DNA of 64,000 nt from Polyangiaceae bacterium UTPRO1 (GTDB taxonomy: Bacteria > Desulfobacterota > Binatia > UTPRO1): assembly GCA_002050235.1 (NCBI GenBank), contig MWST01000027.1, forward strand, positions 25,155 to 89,154, given 5' to 3'. The notes beneath the pieces were generated by a model that was not told the origin of the DNA, did not search any database, and was given only the letters and a program-made list of their open reading frames with translations. The first letter of the stretch is position 1. Each line of letters begins with the position of its first letter. Shown here piece by piece: positions 58,101 to 64,000 of the stretch. The position numbers were made by a program, and so were the translations under genes.

Positions 58101-58643
58101 TCGGCGGCCTCTATCCCGACCGCGAGCGCGGCGCTGGCGGCGCTCGCTGCCGCCGTCGAGGTGCAGTCGGCGCGCGCCGATGACACCGGCGCGCGGCCCG
58201 TCGGCGTGCGCTTCGGCGTCCTGGTGCACGCGGCGCTCGCCGTCGTCGACCTCGAGGCGGGGCGCGAAGCCGTCGCCGCCGCGGTGGCGCTGCAGGCGCG
58301 GCTTACCGGGGCGACGGCGGAGGAGGCCGCGGCGGCGATCGCAGTAGTGTGCGATGCGCTCGCCCACCCTCTGGTGCGGCAAGCGGCGGCAGCGGCGCGG
58401 AGCGGCGTCTGTCGACGCGAGGTCGCGCTCGCCTGCAGGCTCGACGACGGCACGCTCGTCGAAGGGGTCGCGGACCTGGTGTTCCGGGGCGCCGGCGACG
58501 ACCGATGGACGGTGGTCGACTTCAAGACCGACCGCGACGTGGCGCTGCGGCTCGCCGAGTACCGCTGGCAGCTCGCCGCCTACGCCTACGTGGTTACGGG
58601 TGCGACCGGCGCCGGCGCGCGGGCAGTCGTCCTCGGCGTGTGA
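55119..58643 (+). CDS. addA: AddA/UvrD-family helicase-nuclease
   Basis: AAAGTGKT, VTFT, TIHSF, VDEFQDT, VGDPKQSIYRFR, MTVHRAKGLEF, YVAATRAR, C-terminal GVADLV..VDFKTD; GTG overlaps the addB stop. Confidence 0.92.
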   Translation: MNVSPDTAALADAPARARIATDLDTTLIVEAAAGTGKTTALVARMVAALAAGHGELRRMAAVTFTELAAGELKLRLRGGIERARLDAAADSAAARNLSRALEQLEEASIGTIHSFCSDLLRERPVEAGVDPLFEVAAADVAEDLFEQAFGRWFEEALKDPPEGVRRILRRTPPRGGSVRDLLREAARDLAERRDFTAPWRTAAFAREDEIDALMVELEALGRHAAAGDRSDYFYQSLAEIDGFVQEVRRREAIWGRDYDGLEAELLQLPKTVHWHWTGFVRGPTAALKTELRAERSRVQAHLAAFADAVGADLAPRLQAELRPAIDRYQALKRRAGRLDFNDLLLVARDLLRRDAGVRRDYQERFTHIFVDEFQDTDPLQAEILILLAAGDPQEADWTRVQPKPGKLFIVGDPKQSIYRFRRADVALYEEVKRRLVAAGAVLQHLTVSFRALPEIQAAVNAALAPRMAGATASQAAYVPLVPARAPVATQPAIVALPVPAPYGDYGKIVDWRIEQSLPDAAAAFVAWLVRESGWTVSDSGGRRRPLEPRDVCMLFRRFKSFTTDVTHAYVRALEARHLPHVLVGGTGFHAREEIEALRNVLAAIERPDDELAVFATLRGPFFALGDGALLAFHERFGTLHPFRRVPDELPPALAEVAEAMALLRDLHRGRNRRPLADTIARFLAATRAHAGVAIWPAGEQALANVMRLMDLARRAERQGITSFRAFVDRLAAADRVETGEAPILEEGTGGVRLMTVHRAKGLEFPVVLLADPTAKEAPGEPSRYTDAARGLCALRIAGCSPSELLAHRDEERERDREEAARILYVAATRARDLLVVPVIGDARHDGWLAALHPVVYPDESRRRRPESATAPACPRFGPDSVAERSERTPGREQSVAPGVHVPEVGDHRVVWWDPKTLTLGLEENVGLRQQRLLQADEDGTTCERGVRAHAAWCAARTRVRAEAGRPAVAVVTATAWAAAQAAAGADGDGPESEPSAASIPTASAALAALAAAVEVQSARADDTGARPVGVRFGVLVHAALAVVDLEAGREAVAAAVALQARLTGATAEEAAAAIAVVCDALAHPLVRQAAAAARSGVCRREVALACRLDDGTLVEGVADLVFRGAGDDRWTVVDFKTDRDVALRLAEYRWQLAAYAYVVTGATGAGARAVVLGV

Positions 58644-59105
58644 GTCGCGGGACGGTTCCGGGAGCGCCGGGAGCTCCTTGGTCGCCGGCCGCGCCGCGCT
58701 GTGCTTTTCGCAAGGTGCGGCGGCTCGCCGCGCCGTTCAGCGGCTCGTGCGATCGCCCCGCGGCTTCGAGGTCGCGGACTCGAGCGGCAGCGGCGGCAGC
58801 GGCGGCAAGATGTCCGTCGCGCCCTGCCGCACCGGCGGCGTGAACCACCGAGTAGTGCGGTGGCGAAGGATGCGTATGCGGCGCCCTAGCGTCAGGCGCT
58901 CGGCGACGACGTCGAGCAGGCGTCTGTCCCCCATGTTCATTCCTCCCCGCCGGTTTCGATATGCCCGATCATTTGCATCGGCCGCTACATTACACGTATC
59001 GACGCGAATTTTCCAAAAGGAGCCTGCCGATCATGGCGTCGAGGGATTTGCGCGAGATCGTCTCGGGGCGCATCCTGCGCCGGGTCCGGATCAGGGGAGG
59101 ATTCC

Positions 59106-60392
59106 ATGCCGAGGGACACGCTCACCGTCACCGACGATCGCACCGGCCGCACCTACACGCTTCCGATCACCGGCAACACCATCAGCGCCGTCGATCTCCG
59201 CCAGGTGGCGGGGCCGGACGATCGCGGGCTGATCTCGTTCGATCCGGGACTCCGCAACACCGCGACCTGCCGGAGCGCGATCACCCAGCTCGACGGCCGC
59301 ACCGGCACCTTGCGCCATCGCGGCTATGCCATCGAGGACCTCGCCGCCCACTGCACCTATCCCGAGGTGGCCTATCTGATCCTCGAAGGCGAGCTGCCGA
59401 GCCCGAGCCGCCTCGAGTCCTGGCAGGCCGAGCTCGGGCACCACGCCCTCGTCCACGAGTACGTGCGGCGCTTCATCGGCGGTTTCCGCTACGACGCCCA
59501 CCCGATGGGCATGCTGACGAGCACCGTCGCGGCGCTCTCGACCTTCTATCCCGAGGCCGCCCAGGTCCATGATCCGGCGGTGCGCCGGCGCCAGATCGTG
59601 CGCCTCCTCGGGCAGGTGCCGACGCTCGCCGCCTTCGCGCACCGCAAACGCAGCGGGCTCCCGTACGTCTATCCCGACCTCGAGCTCTCCTACGTCGGCA
59701 ACTTCCTAAGCATGATGTTCCGCATGACGGAGCTGCGCTACGAGGTCGATCCCGTGGTCGAGCGCGCGCTCGACGTGCTGTTCGTGGTCCATGCGGATCA
59801 CGAGCAAGCGTGCTCGACGACCACCATGCGCTGCGTGGGGAGCGCCAGGACCGATCCGTACAGCGCCGCCGCGGCAGCGACGGCGGCGCTCTCCGGACGC
59901 TTCCACGACGAGGCCTACGAGGCCGTGATCGCCATGCTGGAGGCGATCGGCGGTCCCGCGGGCGTACCGGCGTTCGTGGCCGCGGCAGCGCGATCGCGGC
60001 AGGAACCGCCCGGCTTCGGTCACCGCGTGTACCGCACCTACGATCCGCGGGCCCGCATCCTGCGTGAACACGCGGCGAAGGTCTTTGCGGTCACCGGCCA
60101 GCCGCGCATCTTCGAGACCGCGCTCGCGCTCGAGGAGGCCGCCGCGAAGGATGCATACTTCATAGAGCACGCGCTCTATCCGACGGTCGACTTCTACGAG
60201 ACGATCATCTATCACGCCATCGGCTTTCCGCCCGAGATGTTCCCCGTGCTCTTCGCCATTCCGCGCTTCGTCGGCTGGGCGGCACAGTGGAACGAGATGA
60301 TGAGCGATCCCGACCAACGAACCTACCGGCCGCGCCAGCTCTACACCGGCGTCGGCGTGCGCCCGTACCTGCCCCTGACGGAACGTGCATGA
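59106..60392 (+). CDS. gltA: Citrate synthase (type II-like)
   Basis: FDPGLRNTA, HADHEQ, GFGHRVY..YDPRA, YPTVDF, RPRQLYTG; SD GGAGG. Confidence 0.88.
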   Translation: MPRDTLTVTDDRTGRTYTLPITGNTISAVDLRQVAGPDDRGLISFDPGLRNTATCRSAITQLDGRTGTLRHRGYAIEDLAAHCTYPEVAYLILEGELPSPSRLESWQAELGHHALVHEYVRRFIGGFRYDAHPMGMLTSTVAALSTFYPEAAQVHDPAVRRRQIVRLLGQVPTLAAFAHRKRSGLPYVYPDLELSYVGNFLSMMFRMTELRYEVDPVVERALDVLFVVHADHEQACSTTTMRCVGSARTDPYSAAAAATAALSGRFHDEAYEAVIAMLEAIGGPAGVPAFVAAAARSRQEPPGFGHRVYRTYDPRARILREHAAKVFAVTGQPRIFETALALEEAAAKDAYFIEHALYPTVDFYETIIYHAIGFPPEMFPVLFAIPRFVGWAAQWNEMMSDPDQRTYRPRQLYTGVGVRPYLPLTERA

Positions 60393-60994
60393 GCCTCGAT
60401 GATCTGAAGAAGCACCTGGTCGATATCTGTCATTGCGCCAGCGAGCGCTGGCTCACCGCCGGCTCCGGCGGCAACATCAGCGTCCGCATCCCCGAGACGA
60501 CGCGCTACCTGTGCACCGCGACCGGCGTCACCTTCCGCGATACGGCGGTCGAGAACATCGTCGAGATGGACCTCGACGGCCGCCAGCTCAGTCCGGGCCC
60601 GTGGAAGCCGTCGAAGGAGCATCGCTGGCACGCCGGCATCCTGGCGCTCCGCCCCGAGGTGCACGGCGTCGTGCACACGCACTCCACCGCGACCATGGCC
60701 TTCGGCATCGTCGACATGACGCCGCCCCACATGACCGGGCAGGCTCGCGCCCACCTCGGCCGGATCCAGATCGTCCCCTATGCCGATGCCGGTTCCGACG
60801 AGCTCCGCGATCTGATCGTCGGCGTCTACGAGGCGCATCCCGATACCCGCATCGTGCTGCTCGCGAACCACGGTCTCGCGGCGACCGGTCCGTCGCTCCT
60901 CGAGGCCTACAATCGCGCCGAGATCGTCGAAGACTCCGCCCAGGCATACCTCCACTGCAAGATCCTCGGGCGGGAGCCCAAGCTCGACTTCTGA
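60389..60994 (+). CDS. Class II aldolase/adducin family protein
   Basis: GSGGNISVR, KPSKE, VVHTHS, LANHG (Zn ligands); ATGA overlap with the citrate synthase stop. Confidence 0.92.
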   Translation: MSLDDLKKHLVDICHCASERWLTAGSGGNISVRIPETTRYLCTATGVTFRDTAVENIVEMDLDGRQLSPGPWKPSKEHRWHAGILALRPEVHGVVHTHSTATMAFGIVDMTPPHMTGQARAHLGRIQIVPYADAGSDELRDLIVGVYEAHPDTRIVLLANHGLAATGPSLLEAYNRAEIVEDSAQAYLHCKILGREPKLDF

Positions 60995-61046
60995 GCGGTG
61001 CTGCGCGGAGCAGGGCGCTGCGAACGAGGCCGGGCGCCGGGGTGCC

Positions 61047-62903
61047 TCACTGCTCGACGCAGTAGACGTGGTGGCCGAGGTCGCAGCGCGACGTCATCGC
61101 GTCCTGCCACCAGGTCGGCGTGATCAGAGTGGCGCGGCCGAAGAAGCCGCTACCCGTTCCCGAGGCGAAATCGCCGCAGGTGGAGCTAGCGGTCCCTGCC
61201 TCGGAAGGGGTGGCGGCGCCGCTCCACGCGACGTCGGAGTAGCTGCCGAGATACTCGCCCGTCGGCCGCTGCCAGATGCCGCTCGCGAGGACGCCGCCGG
61301 CGGCGAGCGTCGCGCCGTCGGCGATGAACGTCCCGTCGGGGCGGACGTACAGCGCCGCCGGGTCGATCCGCGCCGCGGCGCCGGCGGTCGTAGTGGCGAG
61401 GAGCGCTTTGTAGGTTCCCGGCAGGTGGGCACCAGCAGCCTCGAGCGCGCACATCGTGTCGGCGCTCGCGAGGCCGCCCCCCGCGCTCGGTTTCATGGTG
61501 CCGCTGGTGATGAAGACGATCTTGCCGCTCGTAACCGCGGGACCGAGCGCGGTCGCCCCCATGCCGATGCCGAAGCAGTAGTGGTGCCGCGGCTGCGCGC
61601 AGGCCGACGCGGCGCCACTGTCCGTCCATGCTGCCGGACCCCCGGCGCTGTTGCCGATCGTGCCCTTCACGTTGCTGGCCGCGGTCCAATCGCCGCACGT
61701 GTCCGTAGCGGCCCCGCCGCTCGCCTTCGTCCCCGTCCACACCTCGGCGGCGCCGACGTCGCTTCCGTATTCGTCGAGGTGGATGGCATTGAAGATCCGG
61801 CTCTCGGCGAGATCCAGGGGCAGGTCGGCGAGCGGCTCGCCGTCGGGGCGGACGAAGCCGCGCGCGCCTGCGAGGCGACTCGCGGCGGTGACCGTCGCCG
61901 TCGACAGCCAGGCCACATAGGTTCCGCCGAGGCCTGCAGCGGCGGCGAGGTCGCCGCAGATGGCGTCGGCTCCCTCCAGGCCTCCGAAATTGCCGTTGTG
62001 GGTGGTCGAGGTCACGAACGCGATGTTGAAGGGCATGGGCGTCGGCGTCGTGGTCGGGAGGGGTGAGGGGGTCGCCGACGGCGCCGGGGTCGGCGTCTGC
62101 TCCGCGGCGGTATCCTCCGCGGTCGGCGCCGCGGTCGACGTCACGACCGGCGTCGGCGAGGCCGCGGTCGACGCTGCGGTCGAGGTGACGGCGAGCGTCG
62201 GCGTGGCCACGGGCGGCGCCGCGGTCGAGGTTACGGCCGCTGTCGGCTCGACCATGGTCGGCGTCGGCGTCGGCGCTGCTGCCGGCGTCGGACAGACGTC
62301 GGCGCGGAGGTCGTATCCGATGCCCGCGAGGAGAGCGTCTGCACGCGGCGTTCCGGCCTCGAGGATGTCGGCGGCACTGCAGTCGGCGATGCGCAGGATG
62401 CACTCGGCGTAGTCATCGAGCTTCTCCTCGGGATCGACGCCGAAGCGCCGGCACGCGGCTCCGAGGCCGTCGATGTCGAGCGCGGCGCTGCTGCGCAGCA
62501 CGTCGTAGGGAAGCGCTGCGGTGCTGCACGTCCGCCGCAGTGCCTCGCGGAGCTTCACCCCGGCCTGCTGGCTCCGCACCATCTGCTTCGCGCAGAGAGC
62601 CGCCGCCTTGGCGGCGCAGCCGCCGTCGCCGGGCTTCAGCTGCAGACAAGCGGAGACCGTGTCGAGGCACTTCTGAACGCTGGCGAGCTTGGTTGCGGTG
62701 AAGGCGCGCGCGGCCTTGCCGACCGCCCTTCCGCACTTCACGACGGCGCGGATCGTGGCCGGCTCGGTGATGCTCTGGGCGGCGACGGGCGGCGCGGGAG
62801 CCGCCGCGACGACGGCTATGACGATGGCTATGGGGATGCGCACGCGACGGACACTCGAAGGCGGGCTCCTCCGAGGTATGGTCGTCCGCTGCTTTCCGGT
62901 CAA
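61047..62903 (-). CDS. Secreted protein: Cys-rich N-domain, Pro/Thr linker and two DUF1554-like domains
   Basis: Signal peptide; two repeats of (AF)VTS..GLxGADxxC..YxAWLS..VRPDG..WTG..C..W. Confidence 0.8.
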   Translation of the reverse strand: MTGKQRTTIPRRSPPSSVRRVRIPIAIVIAVVAAAPAPPVAAQSITEPATIRAVVKCGRAVGKAARAFTATKLASVQKCLDTVSACLQLKPGDGGCAAKAAALCAKQMVRSQQAGVKLREALRRTCSTAALPYDVLRSSAALDIDGLGAACRRFGVDPEEKLDDYAECILRIADCSAADILEAGTPRADALLAGIGYDLRADVCPTPAAAPTPTPTMVEPTAAVTSTAAPPVATPTLAVTSTAASTAASPTPVVTSTAAPTAEDTAAEQTPTPAPSATPSPLPTTTPTPMPFNIAFVTSTTHNGNFGGLEGADAICGDLAAAAGLGGTYVAWLSTATVTAASRLAGARGFVRPDGEPLADLPLDLAESRIFNAIHLDEYGSDVGAAEVWTGTKASGGAATDTCGDWTAASNVKGTIGNSAGGPAAWTDSGAASACAQPRHHYCFGIGMGATALGPAVTSGKIVFITSGTMKPSAGGGLASADTMCALEAAGAHLPGTYKALLATTTAGAAARIDPAALYVRPDGTFIADGATLAAGGVLASGIWQRPTGEYLGSYSDVAWSGAATPSEAGTASSTCGDFASGTGSGFFGRATLITPTWWQDAMTSRCDLGHHVYCVEQ

Positions 62904-62946
62904 GGATGTTTCTCGGCCCGGCGCCCCGCGCCGCGGGCGGCAGCGA

Positions 62947-63600
62947 TCAGGCGGCCAAGCGCGACAGGAACTCCTGGTCCTCGGCGATGAGGGCTTTTAG
63001 CGAAGGCCGTTCGACGACGCGCTCGAACCAGGCGGCGAGCGCCGGAAACCGGGTGCGGTCGATCTCGACGCCGCCCTGGCGGAGGTTCACGAGCTGGCAG
63101 GCGACACTCACGTCGGCGAGGGTGAAGGTGCCGGCCACGAGGTAGGGCTGGTCGCCGAGCTCGCCTTCGAGGTAGGCGAGGAAGGTCGGGAGCTCCTTGA
63201 GCCCGCTCTGCACCACCGCCTCGTCGCAACCGCCCTTGATGAGCTTGGCGCTGATGACCCGCTGGAAGAAGACCTTGGCGGTGAGGCTCGGTGCCATGCC
63301 GCCGTCCGCGTACTCTTCGAACCAGCGCACGCGGGCGCGATCGTAGGGATCGCGCGGGAAGAGAGCGGGCGTCGGAAAGCGCTCCTCGATGTACTCGGCG
63401 ATCACCGTGCTGTCGGCGAGCGAGCGGCCCTGTTCGTCTTCGAGGGCGGGTATGCGGCCGAGCGGGCTGCGGCGCAGGAAGTCGTCGCTCTTGTCGAAGG
63501 GGTTGGTGGTCACCAGCTCGTAGGGAACCTGCTTCTCGGCGAGCGCGCAGCGCACCTTGCGCACGAACGGAGAGAGCGGGGCGCCGTAGATTTTTAGCAT
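62947..63600 (-). CDS. Glutathione S-transferase
   Basis: SPFVRKV, SPLGRIPAL, DSTVIAEYIEE, FTLADVSV. Confidence 0.95.
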   Translation of the reverse strand: MLKIYGAPLSPFVRKVRCALAEKQVPYELVTTNPFDKSDDFLRRSPLGRIPALEDEQGRSLADSTVIAEYIEERFPTPALFPRDPYDRARVRWFEEYADGGMAPSLTAKVFFQRVISAKLIKGGCDEAVVQSGLKELPTFLAYLEGELGDQPYLVAGTFTLADVSVACQLVNLRQGGVEIDRTRFPALAAWFERVVERPSLKALIAEDQEFLSRLAA

Positions 63601-63777
63601 GAGGGGCTCCTGATGAAGCGGACGTGCGCCGCACCGCGACGCCGGACGGTCACCTAGCGCCCACGACCGTCTGAAGCAACGACGCGTATGGGCGGGGCGC
63701 TGGTGGGCGGCGCTCCGGATGCGGCGCCGACGATCTCGGTTGCGGCCGGCTTCCGCTCCGGGTTACACGCGGGCCGC

Positions 63778-64000
63778 ATGCGCCGTTTGTCCTACCCGTT
63801 GCTCTGCGCGCTCTGCGGTTTCGTGCTCGGGTGGATTCCGATGTTCCTCCACGGGCCGATCCCGGAGAAGTTCGACCTCTTCTATCTGCGCGGCGCCGTC
63901 GCGGTGTGGAGCTGGTACGCGGCCAGGCTCCTCGTCGGCGTCATGGTCGGCATCACGTGGTGGCCGCCGCGCTGGTACCTCCGCGGCCCGCTGTGCGGCT
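63778..64000 (+). CDS. Membrane protein, N-terminal part (runs off the window)
   Basis: ATG 63778, open to the window end, hydrophobic (MRRLSYPLLCALCGFVLGWIPMFLHGP...). Confidence 0.65.
   Translation, partial: MRRLSYPLLCALCGFVLGWIPMFLHGPIPEKFDLFYLRGAVAVWSWYAARLLVGVMVGITWWPPRWYLRGPLCG

Noticed and set aside
51769-58643. Novel helicase-nuclease defence system
   Set aside because: Gene order, sizes, motifs and the Fe-S Cys pattern fit an ordinary AddAB/AdnAB recombination-repair pair in a housekeeping context.
58737-58940. Short ORFs between addA and citrate synthase
   Set aside because: No recognisable domain, no clear SD and low-complexity GGC repeats; probably non-coding or promoter region.
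62030-62290. Tandem DNA repeats (gtcgaggtcac / gcggtcga)
   Set aside because: Explained as the coding Pro/Thr-rich linker of the DUF1554-like protein.

Overview
This is a high-GC bacterial chromosomal window. Its gene content (sigma-54 regulators, many acyl-CoA and enoyl-CoA enzymes, WS/DGAT, an F420-type nitroreductase, Cys-rich secreted proteins) suggests Ca. Binatota or a deltaproteobacterium-like organism; that assignment is inference. Most of the window is housekeeping or metabolic: bolA-grxD, plant-type thrC+metB, GT-C membrane glycosyltransferases, two Hsp20, lipid catabolism, two-component systems, FKBP, recQ, an orphan motAB pair, addBA-like helicase-nuclease, citrate synthase, class II aldolase and GST. 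There are three tRNA genes: Ser-GCT, Arg-ACG and Asn-GTT. The main finding is that tRNA-Asn(GTT) at 43655-44046 is split at anticodon position 35/36 by a 319-nt group I intron. The P1 U-G pair, P2, P3, P4, P5 extension, P6, P7, P9 and terminal G are all readable. The 3' end of that intron plus most of the 3' exon is repeated 2.4 kb downstream (71 bp perfect match). The two copies bracket a decayed island carrying mrr, a truncated IS3 and an HTH remnant, so the attachment site appears to lie inside a self-splicing intron. Other notable items: a 49-bp IS3 IRL-IRR fusion scar after tRNA-Arg, several clean sigma-54 promoters (one in front of an unannotated 26-aa membrane peptide), and several probable pseudo-enzymes. 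All family calls rest on motif recognition by eye; no database searches were run.
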